Notes under the pieces: model-generated
Told to the model about the DNA's origin: nothing
Seen by the model: the letters and a program-made list of their open reading frames with translations, nothing else
Databases searched by the model: none
Shown here: positions 1 to 8,656 of the stretch, one piece after another
How the letters are laid out: each line of letters starts with the position of its first letter
Position numbering within the stretch: position 1 is the first letter of the stretch
Program-made: the position numbers and the translations under genes
Source of the DNA: an uncultured Clostridia bacterium
Lineage (GTDB): Bacteria > Bacillota > Clostridia > Christensenellales > UBA1242
Direction: 5' to 3'
Assembly: GCA_944384425.1 (NCBI GenBank)
Contig: CALWTI010000004.1
Location: forward strand, 1-39,187
DNA length: 39,187 nt

Positions 1-52
1 GGCACATATTTATGCAAGTGCCACAAGATATACATTTTTTTGGATCTACCAT
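1..52 (-). CDS. 4Fe-4S ferredoxin-type protein, N-terminal fragment (runs off window)
   Basis: Not in ORF track. ATG at 52 gives MVDPKKCISCGTCINMC, a CxxCxxCxxxC motif. SD AGGAG at 60-64. Confidence 0.85.
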   Translation of the reverse strand, partial: MVDPKKCISCGTCINMC

Positions 53-122
53 ACTAAATCTCCTTTTCCTTCATGCGTGGTTAAGTTTAACATAATATAT
101 TTTTTTTGTCCACTAGAAAAGT

Positions 123-482
123 TTATTTTTTGAATATTTTAACAAACTCAAATAAACTAAGTATTATCAAAAAAATTCCAAATAATAATTTTAATACATT
201 TGCATCAATTAAATTTGCTAAAAAACTGCCTATTATTGCAAAAATAATACCCGAAGGAATAAGAAGCCATAAGAATTTTGGCTGAATTAGTTTATTTTTT
301 ATATGAATTAAAATTGCAACAACGCTCATTGGCAAAAATGCCAACAAATTATATCCTTGCGCAAGTATTTGACTAACTTGTGAAAATATTGTCAATAATG
401 GAATTAAAAGAGTGCCACCACCCATACCCATGGCACCTATTACCCCCGATAAAAAGCCGAAAATAATGAATAAATACCACAT
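123..482 (-). CDS. TSUP (TauE/SafE) family transporter, half-size subunit
   Basis: Hydrophobic 119 aa with GAMGMGGGTLLIP motif, about 4 TM segments. Confidence 0.8.
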   Translation of the reverse strand: MWYLFIIFGFLSGVIGAMGMGGGTLLIPLLTIFSQVSQILAQGYNLLAFLPMSVVAILIHIKNKLIQPKFLWLLIPSGIIFAIIGSFLANLIDANVLKLLFGIFLIILSLFEFVKIFKK

Positions 483-854
483 TTATATCACCATCTTTAT
501 CCCAGCCACAAGCATTATTATTGCAAATATTGCTCTTAAAATTTTACTGTTTATTTTGCTTAAAAAAATTGCACCCAAAACCCCACCACAAACGGCGCCC
601 AAAGTTACCCAAGAAAAATTGACAAAATCTATATCATTATTTAATATGTAGATTATGGCACTTACAATACAAAGTGGCAAAATTACACAAAGAGTTGTTG
701 CATGAGCTTTTTTGCTTTCAAGGTTCATCACTTTTTCAAGAATTGGAACGCAAAGCATACCACCCCCGCCCCCAAAAAATCCATTCACTAACCCTATAAG
801 TGCCCCACAGCCAATTAGAATAAATATTTGTTTTTTTGAAAATTTGCTTTTCAT
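483..854 (-). CDS. TSUP (TauE/SafE) family transporter, half-size subunit
   Basis: NGFFGGGGGMLCVP and KKAHATTL motifs. Start moved to ATG 854 (MKSKF); the start is uncertain. Confidence 0.8.
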   Translation of the reverse strand: MKSKFSKKQIFILIGCGALIGLVNGFFGGGGGMLCVPILEKVMNLESKKAHATTLCVILPLCIVSAIIYILNNDIDFVNFSWVTLGAVCGGVLGAIFLSKINSKILRAIFAIIMLVAGIKMVI

Positions 855-954
855 AAAAATATTGTTGCACAATTATCAAAAAATATTTGCAAATATTGCC
901 ACAATGCTATATACTAATTGAGTTTAATTTAATAATTATTATAAAAGGTGTTTT

Positions 955-3900
955 ATGTTTACGACTAAAAGAAAATTTAACTATTTATCTATCATTATTA
1001 TTAGTTTGCTTCTTGCAATTTGTTTATGCTTTTCACCTACATTTAGCACAAGCGTTGCATCAGCAGAAACAATGGCATCAAATGAACTAACTATTACAAA
1101 TAGCGATTTTGATTCATCTTCAACCACATCTTTGCAATCAACTCCAAGCGGTTGGTCAAGAGTTGGCACTTCAAATGGTACAAATGGTGTAATAAGCGTC
1201 AATGCTGACACTTTTTCTAACCGTGCATCAAGTTACGCCTTGACAAGCTCTCAAAACCCAAGCAAGCCATACACTCAGCCAAACAATGAGCTTGATGACC
1301 ATATTCTTATGATAAATGCAAAAAGTGAAGCTGACACAAATGAGTCAAACCACCTTGGCTATAAGTCAAATGACATCTCACTTGAAGCATATTCATATTA
1401 TCGTTTCAGCATATGGACATTGACACAAACAAACGCTCACGCATCAATATATATTGACGGGCTTGGTGATGACGCTTTAAACACAAGTTTTGAAAACTAC
1501 ACAACAAACGGCTGGACTGAATACAGATTTTATATTGCAACAGGAATTGATTCAAAGACTGTCAACATTCAACTTTGGCTTGGAACAAAGACAAATGACA
1601 GCCATAACGCAGTGTTCTTTGACCACATCACAGCTAGACAATTATCAGGCAACTATTTTTATAACGAAGCTGGTCAATATGTTGGAACAAGCGATGTTGC
1701 ATTAAATAGAATAAATGTCATCGACCTAAGAGATACACTCGATGGCATGATTGAAAATGCAGATTTTGAAAATGGCGACTTCACTGGCTGGACTGTTGAA
1801 AACTACTTACCTATCGGTGGCGACGCAAAAATAGTTAGCATACAAAATTCTGCAAGCATGGAAAGTTTGGGACTTGATTATCTCGGTTCTTCACTAAGCG
1901 AACAAAACAGATATGCCCTACTTATGTATTCAACATCAAAAAATGCAGTGACAATTGAGTATGAAAGCACTTCTTTTGAAGTTTTGCCTTATGAAACATA
2001 TAAAATCACAGTTTGGGCAAAAGTCAGTGACGACTTTGACGGAACTGCATATGTAACTCTTCGTGAAGGCACTGATGTGTCAAACTTCTATGGTGAAGAG
2101 TATGCTGAAGACTTTTATACTCCAATAGAGCAATCAGTTTCAATAACATCAAACACTAAAAATGAAATGACAAATGACTACACACCTTATTACATCTTTG
2201 TTAAAGGTCATGACCTATTCAAAACTTCTTTCTCACTCGTACTTGGCTTTGGTAACGATGAAGAAGGTGCAAAAGGCAGTATTGTATTTGACGACATAAC
2301 TTTTGAAAGTATTTCACACGAACAGTTTGACGACGCGACAACAACAAATGCAATATCTGTTGAACCTACAATCCTTACTGGTTCACCTTCAGTTGAGAAT
2401 GGAACATTTAACACATCGGACACACTAGACAAAAACTTTGAGTATCCTGTTAAGCCTGCTAGTTGGACAAGCGAAACTGAAAATGACACATCGAATATGT
2501 ACGGAATTGTCAACACCTACTCACCTTTATACAATGACCACAGAGCTGAATACGGCAATGCACAAAACCCACAAAACCCATCAAGCGTTTCAACTCTTGG
2601 CGTTGATAAAGATGTGAATAATGTCTTGATGATGTATAACTATCAAGAAACATATCAATCAGTAACTAGTGCAAATATTTCGACTACTGCTAATAGCTAT
2701 CAAATGTTGTCTTTTGATTACAAAACAGTTGCTCAAAATTTAAACAACGCACTTATGAGCGTTTATGTTCTTGACAGCGACAACAATGTTTTGTATGCAG
2801 ATGAAGGTTTGTCAAGTAGTGCATGGACAACATATTCTATCTTGGTCAACACAGACACATACGCAACAACATTAAAACTCAAAATTGCACTCGGAACAAG
2901 TCAATCACCTGTTATTGGATTTTTGTATATTGACAATGTCAAATTTGAAACAAATTCAAATATAACTGACGACAATTATGAAGATTACCAAAAAGCAAAC
3001 AACACACTTGACTTCTCACTTACAAACTTTGGCTTTGTTTCAAGCGAAACAGTAAAAGACATACACACCCCATACATGTATGAGCAAAAACTTGAAAATG
3101 GAGAAAATCCAGAACAAGGAAACATTGCAATTTATGGTGGTATGATTGATGCTACAAATAACATCTACGGTATACAAAACAGTACAAACGGCACATCAAA
3201 TGAGCAATATATCCCAGCATTTATTTCTGAATACGCTGTTGGCAAATATACCCTTACCGGCAAAGAATCAATAACTCTTGACGCTGACACTTACTACAAA
3301 ATCTCAATCGATGTTTTAACAAGATTTAGTGGCGACACAGCTCAAGAAGGCGTAGATGATAAAGACAAACTTGCCTTTGGTGCAGTGTTTGGGCTAAATG
3401 GTATGGACAAGAATTTTGAAAACATTGTTTCAAATGACGCATGGACAACTTACACAATTTATGTAACAGTTTCTGAAAGTACTGATGTAAAACTTCAACT
3501 TGGTATTTTGAACGAAAGCACAAATATTTTAGGTCAAGCATTCTTCGACAACTTCACACTAGAGACCATTGATGAAAGTGCATATAACAGTGCAACGGAA
3601 AAGTATGCTGATGACAATAAAGTTTTGATATTGACATCTAGCGACACAACAACAGAAGACGAAGACACAGCAACTGATGACACAACAAGTGACGAAGACA
3701 CCGATGGTATGATTTGGTATGTCATCCCTACCGCAATATTGTTTGTTGCCCTTGTCATTGCCCTTTGTGCTTACTTTATGAGAAAGATAACAATTAAAAA
3801 ATGGGAAAGAAAGAAAGCAAGCGAATACGACAGAGAAACTACCCTTCACAGAGATGTTGTTAGACGTGAAGCAGAACAAATCAGAGATGCAAAAATTAAA

Positions 3901-4266
3901 GAATATCAAAACAAGATTGATGACATTAAAGCACAATTAACTGAGATGGAACAAACACATCAAGAAGTTCTTAAAAAACAGCGTACAACATCTGGGCAGC
4001 AAGAAATTACAAAAGCTATGGAAAAAGATTTCAAGGCATATGCTTCAAAACATACCAAACTTGAAAATCAAATCGAAGCTCTCAATGCTAAGATTGAAAA
4101 CTTTAAACTCCCTGAATACTTGATTTCAATTCAACGCGGAATAATTGCAGAACGTGTTAAAAAAGAAAAGCAAGAAAAAGAAGCTAAACTTAAACAACAA
4201 AAAGCTGAGAAAAAAGCAAACAAACAAAAAGCAAAGCAAGAAAAGAAAGAAAGTAAATCAGAGTAA
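955..4266 (+). CDS. Large secreted, membrane-anchored protein with about 4 CBM/galactose-binding-like beta-sandwich repeats, acidic linker, TM helix and cytoplasmic coiled coil
   Basis: Signal peptide ending VASA. Repeated NxxFd/e starts (NSDFD, NADFE, NGTFN) and FDxI/V ends (FFDHIT, VFDDIT, YIDNVK, FFDNFT). TM at about 3706-3780. K/E/Q-rich tail. Confidence 0.65.
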   Translation: MFTTKRKFNYLSIIIISLLLAICLCFSPTFSTSVASAETMASNELTITNSDFDSSSTTSLQSTPSGWSRVGTSNGTNGVISVNADTFSNRASSYALTSSQNPSKPYTQPNNELDDHILMINAKSEADTNESNHLGYKSNDISLEAYSYYRFSIWTLTQTNAHASIYIDGLGDDALNTSFENYTTNGWTEYRFYIATGIDSKTVNIQLWLGTKTNDSHNAVFFDHITARQLSGNYFYNEAGQYVGTSDVALNRINVIDLRDTLDGMIENADFENGDFTGWTVENYLPIGGDAKIVSIQNSASMESLGLDYLGSSLSEQNRYALLMYSTSKNAVTIEYESTSFEVLPYETYKITVWAKVSDDFDGTAYVTLREGTDVSNFYGEEYAEDFYTPIEQSVSITSNTKNEMTNDYTPYYIFVKGHDLFKTSFSLVLGFGNDEEGAKGSIVFDDITFESISHEQFDDATTTNAISVEPTILTGSPSVENGTFNTSDTLDKNFEYPVKPASWTSETENDTSNMYGIVNTYSPLYNDHRAEYGNAQNPQNPSSVSTLGVDKDVNNVLMMYNYQETYQSVTSANISTTANSYQMLSFDYKTVAQNLNNALMSVYVLDSDNNVLYADEGLSSSAWTTYSILVNTDTYATTLKLKIALGTSQSPVIGFLYIDNVKFETNSNITDDNYEDYQKANNTLDFSLTNFGFVSSETVKDIHTPYMYEQKLENGENPEQGNIAIYGGMIDATNNIYGIQNSTNGTSNEQYIPAFISEYAVGKYTLTGKESITLDADTYYKISIDVLTRFSGDTAQEGVDDKDKLAFGAVFGLNGMDKNFENIVSNDAWTTYTIYVTVSESTDVKLQLGILNESTNILGQAFFDNFTLETIDESAYNSATEKYADDNKVLILTSSDTTTEDEDTATDDTTSDEDTDGMIWYVIPTAILFVALVIALCAYFMRKITIKKWERKKASEYDRETTLHRDVVRREAEQIRDAKIKEYQNKIDDIKAQLTEMEQTHQEVLKKQRTTSGQQEITKAMEKDFKAYASKHTKLENQIEALNAKIENFKLPEYLISIQRGIIAERVKKEKQEKEAKLKQQKAEKKANKQKAKQEKKESKSE

Positions 4267-4299
4267 AAAAAGTTGACACCACAAGGTGTCAACTTTTTT
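4266..4299. terminator. Bidirectional intrinsic terminator
   Basis: AAAAAAGTTGACACC-acaa-GGTGTCAACTTTTTT between convergent genes. Confidence 0.9.
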
Positions 4300-4900
4300 A
4301 ATTTAATGTCGATAATATTCCATTCAAAATCTCAATATGCTCATTCTCATCACTAATTATGTGGTTTAATATGTTTATTACTTCTTGATTTGTTAAACAA
4401 GATATCATACTTTGATATTGACTTATTGCACACTTTTCGCTTTTTAGTGCATATTCAATTATTCTTTTAGCGTCACCATTTATGTAGTTTATTAGCCGTG
4501 TTGTAAAATACGCATCACGCTGTGGTGGATATGCAGTGTATATTGGGTCAACACCAAGCCTTACGAGCGTTTGTGCTAATAGGTTCAAATGGTGCATTTC
4601 AGTCTCGCCTATCTCCATAACCTTTTTCGCCTCGTCTAAATAACCTAGCTGTTCAAGCCAAATTGAAAAATAAGCATATTGAAGTATTGCACCAAGTTCA
4701 CTATTTCTGCCACTGTATGCAGGAGCAATTATGCGTGCACTTTTTAGGTCCAAAGAAAGCTTTGATAAATCATAGTCATTTGTTTGCTCGTTAATGGCTG
4801 ATGGCGACTTAACTATTTCTCGCTCTCTTACTTGCTCTTGTTCTTGGCTTTGATTTTGGTTTTGGTCTCGGTTTTGGTCTTGTTGTGCTTTTTCTTCCAT
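4298..4900 (-). CDS. Ferritin-like (CotJC/Mn-catalase/rubrerythrin-like) protein with Q/N/E-rich N-terminus
   Basis: SELGAILQY, ETEMHHL and SDENEH di-metal ExxH motifs. Confidence 0.75.
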   Translation of the reverse strand: MEEKAQQDQNRDQNQNQSQEQEQVREREIVKSPSAINEQTNDYDLSKLSLDLKSARIIAPAYSGRNSELGAILQYAYFSIWLEQLGYLDEAKKVMEIGETEMHHLNLLAQTLVRLGVDPIYTAYPPQRDAYFTTRLINYINGDAKRIIEYALKSEKCAISQYQSMISCLTNQEVINILNHIISDENEHIEILNGILSTLN

Positions 4901-4901
4901 A

Positions 4902-4947
4902 AAAAAACAACTCCTTTTTTGTTTTATATTCCGAGGAGTTGTTTTTT
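4902..4947 (-). terminator. ychF terminator-like hairpin whose 3' arm contains the SD of the next gene
   Basis: 14-bp perfect inverted repeat AAAAAACAACTCCT / AGGAGTTGTTTTTT with an 18-nt loop. Confidence 0.65.
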
Positions 4948-4951
4948 GTTA

Positions 4952-6043
4952 CTAAACATTAAATCTAAATAGCATTACATCGCCATCTTGCACGACATAG
5001 TCTTTACCTTCTATTCTCACCTTGCCCTTTTCTTTTGCTGCATTGTAGCTACCACATTCAACCAAATCTTCATATTTAACGACTTCGGCACGAATAAAGC
5101 CTCTTTCAAAGTCAGTATGAATTTTACCTGCTGCTTGTGGAGCTTTTGTACCCTTTTTAATTGTCCAAGCTCTGCACTCGCTTTCTCCTGCCGTCAAAAA
5201 GCTCATGAGTCCCAAAAGGTCATAGCTTGCAGTGACTAGTTGGTCAAGTCCGCTCTCTTTTATTCCAAGTTCGTCTTTGAACATTTGACGCTCATCGCTA
5301 TCAAGTTTTGTCAATTCTTCTTCAATTTTTGCACAAAGCGCTATTGTCTTTGCATTTTCTTTTTCTGCATATTGTCTGACCTGGTCAACATACTTATTTG
5401 GCTTGCCGATGTCATTTTCACCTATATTTGCACAGTATATCACTGGCTTTGTTGTGAGTAAGAAAAATGAATTTATAATCTTTTGCTCGTCTTCGTCGTT
5501 TGCTTTAACTGTACGGGCGTTTTGACCGTTTTCAAGTGCTGTTTTTATCTTTTTAAGTATTTCAAGTTCTTTTTCTGATTGCTTTTCTCCAACTCTTGCA
5601 AGTTTATACAATTTATCATATCTTTTTGTCACTGTTTCCAAATCTGCAAGCATAAGTTCAAGATTTATTGTTTCAATATCTCGAATTGGGTCAACAGTTG
5701 CATTGACATTTATTATGTTTGGATCGTCAAAACATCTAACAACATGGCAAATCGCATCAACTTCACGGATATGGCTCAAAAATTTGTTTCCAAGCCCTTC
5801 ACCTTTACTTGCGCCTTTGACAAGACCTGCAATATCAACAAATTCAATTGACGCTGGCGTGATTTTCTTTGTGTTGTACATTTTGCCAAGGACATTCAGT
5901 CTTTCATCTTTAACATCAACCACTCCGACATTTGGCTCTATTGTGCAAAATGGGTAGTTCGCACTCTCTGCGCCTGCCTCTGTTATTGCATTAAATAGTG
6001 TACTTTTTCCAACATTTGGTAACCCAACAACTCCGATTTTCAT
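4952..6043 (-). CDS. ychF: Ribosome-binding ATPase YchF
   Basis: GLPNVGKST, ANYPFCTIEPN, DIAGLVKGAS and C-terminal VVQDGDVMLFRFNV. Confidence 0.97.
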   Translation of the reverse strand: MKIGVVGLPNVGKSTLFNAITEAGAESANYPFCTIEPNVGVVDVKDERLNVLGKMYNTKKITPASIEFVDIAGLVKGASKGEGLGNKFLSHIREVDAICHVVRCFDDPNIINVNATVDPIRDIETINLELMLADLETVTKRYDKLYKLARVGEKQSEKELEILKKIKTALENGQNARTVKANDEDEQKIINSFFLLTTKPVIYCANIGENDIGKPNKYVDQVRQYAEKENAKTIALCAKIEEELTKLDSDERQMFKDELGIKESGLDQLVTASYDLLGLMSFLTAGESECRAWTIKKGTKAPQAAGKIHTDFERGFIRAEVVKYEDLVECGSYNAAKEKGKVRIEGKDYVVQDGDVMLFRFNV

Positions 6044-6059
6044 ATGTCTTTTCCTTCTT

Positions 6060-7445
6060 TTAATATAACTGTTTTATGTCATAACTTGTTCCCGACTTCG
6101 TGTCGTTTAAAATTATTCCACAAGAAACAAGCTCATCTCTTATACTGTCTGCAAGTGCATAGTTTTTTTGCTGTTTTGCATCAAGTCTTTGTTTTATCTT
6201 ATCTTCAATTTCTTTTCTTGTTATACCCAAGATATTGAGATATTTTTGTTTCAAACTTTCTATAAATTCAATAGGTTCGTGTTTAAATAGTCCAAGTATG
6301 TCTTTTATCAGTGGCAACACACCTTTTATTGCACCGCCTGCACGGGCGTCTTTTAGTTTGTATTTTGAACATTCGCTAAACAAATCTGCAATGACCTTTG
6401 CACTATTAAAGTCATCGTCCATACTCTCATAGAACTTATCTTTTAGGTCATTATTTTGTTCACATTCTTTAATAGTTGAAAGCACATTATAAAAATAGTA
6501 CAAATTTTTTTCAGCAAGTTTAAGTGCTTCATCTCCAAGGTCTTGCGTTGATGTGTAGTGATTTACAAGAATTGCATATCTTATTACTTCACTATCATAT
6601 TTTTTTAACAAGTCGTCAACAAGCATAAAGTTTTTAAGGCTTTTGCTCATCTTCTGCCCATTTATTGTGATAAGCCCGTTATGCAACCAATATTTCGCAA
6701 GGTCACAACCGTTTTCACAATAGCTTTGTGCTATTTCATTTTCATGGTGTGGAAAGATTAAGTCTTTTCCACCGCCGTGTATGTCTATTTGGTCGCCAAG
6801 GTATGTCTTTATCATGGTTGAGCATTCTATATGCCAACCCGGCCTTCCCTGTCCCCAAGGAGATGAAAAACCAAACTCTCCTTCATTTGTATGTTTCCAA
6901 AGTGCAAAGTCCAAGTTATCATGTTTGTTGTCTGCATTTTCAATTCTGACGGAGTCAATAAGCTCATCAATTTTTCTATTTGAAAGACGACCATAGCCAT
7001 CATATTTTTTTACATCAAAATAAACATCCCCATCGCTTGTTTCATAGGCATAGCCCTTTGTTATTAGGTCTTTAACAAATGTAATTATCTGGGGGATACA
7101 TTTTGTCACTCTTGGCCTAAAATCTGGCTCTACTACGCCTAAATTTTGCCATGTGGTGTTAATTATCTTGATACGCTCATCGGCAAGCTCTAATGGAGAT
7201 ATTCCCATTTCTTTTGCCTGCAAAATTGACCTATCGTCGATGTCCGTATAGTTAGAGGCATACAAGACATCATAACCTTTGAGTTTTAAATATTTGTATA
7301 TCATATCAAAAGTTATTGCCTGTCGTGCGTGGCCAAGGTGAACAAGTCCGTTTGTTGTCATTCCACAAACATACATTTTTACTTTGTTGCCATCTAATGG
7401 CAAAAAATCTTCTTTTTTTTTGCGTAATACATTATAAACTCTCAT
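6060..7445 (-). CDS. cysS: Cysteine--tRNA ligase
   Basis: HLGH, DFALWK, GRPGWHIECS, DIHGGGKDLIFPHHENE and KMSKS. Start MRVYN at 7445 with SD GAGGA. Confidence 0.97.
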   Translation of the reverse strand: MRVYNVLRKKKEDFLPLDGNKVKMYVCGMTTNGLVHLGHARQAITFDMIYKYLKLKGYDVLYASNYTDIDDRSILQAKEMGISPLELADERIKIINTTWQNLGVVEPDFRPRVTKCIPQIITFVKDLITKGYAYETSDGDVYFDVKKYDGYGRLSNRKIDELIDSVRIENADNKHDNLDFALWKHTNEGEFGFSSPWGQGRPGWHIECSTMIKTYLGDQIDIHGGGKDLIFPHHENEIAQSYCENGCDLAKYWLHNGLITINGQKMSKSLKNFMLVDDLLKKYDSEVIRYAILVNHYTSTQDLGDEALKLAEKNLYYFYNVLSTIKECEQNNDLKDKFYESMDDDFNSAKVIADLFSECSKYKLKDARAGGAIKGVLPLIKDILGLFKHEPIEFIESLKQKYLNILGITRKEIEDKIKQRLDAKQQKNYALADSIRDELVSCGIILNDTKSGTSYDIKQLY

Positions 7446-7446
7446 A

Positions 7447-8154
7447 TCATTCCTCAATTTGCGAAATTTTGTCTTTTTTAATTTTTGTAACCTTGAATTG
7501 TAAAACAAAATTTTTATCTTTATATGTCAAAAGTGCACAACAAAGTGCAGAAATTATTGCACCAACCGTGCCTGAGATTATGTCAAACATTGTGTCAAAC
7601 AAGGCATTTTGACCAACTAAGTCACTGGCACGTTGCATATCAGCCCCAAAGAGTTCATCAATCATAAACTCAAATATTTCCCAAAGTGCCGTTAGCGACA
7701 ATGAAAAACAAAAAACAAAAAGAAAAATATATACAGGAGAATTTGCCCCTTTTTTTGCAAGGTGGTTTACTAAAAACATTGCCAAAAAGCCCAAAAGAAG
7801 CCCCGCAAGTGCATGAATTAAGATATCCCACCACCACAAAATGTGATATAGGTCTAAAAATGAGCCAAGGTATATACTCAAAAACAGAAACAAATAAAAC
7901 AAGCTTGTTGCCGTCCTTGGAAATTGAATTTTAAAAATAAGACGAAGATATAGTGGCAAAAAAACAAGCGCGATTGAAAGTATTCTCCCAATAAGTGGCA
8001 TAGGCGAAGTTTGTGCTCCATTTACTAGGTCACGAATACAAAAACCAGCCGATATGATAAATGCCACCAAAACGCCCATAAAAAGCATTATATTTATTAC
8101 ATTGAATGCGTCAAAATTGCGTTCTCTTTGTTTTCGTTCCAAAAAACTTTTCAT
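7447..8154 (-). CDS. Integral membrane protein (DUF2238-like)
   Basis: Multi-TM with WWDILIH, LWEIFEF and DTMFD motifs. Start at 8154 assumed. Confidence 0.6.
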   Translation of the reverse strand: MKSFLERKQRERNFDAFNVINIMLFMGVLVAFIISAGFCIRDLVNGAQTSPMPLIGRILSIALVFLPLYLRLIFKIQFPRTATSLFYLFLFLSIYLGSFLDLYHILWWWDILIHALAGLLLGFLAMFLVNHLAKKGANSPVYIFLFVFCFSLSLTALWEIFEFMIDELFGADMQRASDLVGQNALFDTMFDIISGTVGAIISALCCALLTYKDKNFVLQFKVTKIKKDKISQIEE

Positions 8155-8202
8155 ATTTTTAATTATCTCATAATAACTTGAATAAATCAACTTTTAGACA
8201 CA

Positions 8203-8230
8203 AAAAAACTCACTTAAATGTGAGTTTTTT
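8203..8230 (-). terminator. Intrinsic terminator
   Basis: AAAAAACTCAC-ttaaat-GTGAGTTTTTT. Confidence 0.85.
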
Positions 8231-8239
8231 GTATGACTA

Positions 8240-8599
8240 TTAAAGTGAAAGATTTTGGTCTTCTGAATTTTGTTTGTCGTCTTGTTTTTCTTCTTGATGT
8301 GTAGCAACAAGCTTAGGTTCACTCTCTTTTTGTTGTTCAAGATTAGAAACTTCAACATTGTTTTCCATAAAGTCGTTGATGGACAAACTATCTGCCTTAG
8401 ATTGATAAGCAACGCCTAAAGTGATGCCAACAACACCAATTGCAAAACCACCAAGCAAACAGCCAAAGAGTGCTAAGCCAGTTAAAGTAAACCCTACGCA
8501 CATAGTGGCAACGCCAAGTGCAATCCCACTATAAGTGGATATACTGGAAATTGTCTTTAATTTCATAACTTTTTTCTTATATTGTTTTTTAATACTCAT
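8240..8599 (-). CDS. Hypothetical two-TM protein with acidic/polar tail
   Basis: SD AGGAG, upstream TTGACA..TATACT promoter-like sequence and its own terminator. Confidence 0.7.
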   Translation of the reverse strand: MSIKKQYKKKVMKLKTISSISTYSGIALGVATMCVGFTLTGLALFGCLLGGFAIGVVGITLGVAYQSKADSLSINDFMENNVEVSNLEQQKESEPKLVATHQEEKQDDKQNSEDQNLSL

Positions 8600-8656
8600 A
8601 AAAACTCCTAACGATTATAGTATAGCATAAAGCAAGAAATTGTCAATAGTCAATTT

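Noticed and set aside
7446-8230. T-box leader for cysS
   Set aside because: cysS directly follows a membrane protein gene and no AAGGTGGxACC-type T-box motif or leader space is visible
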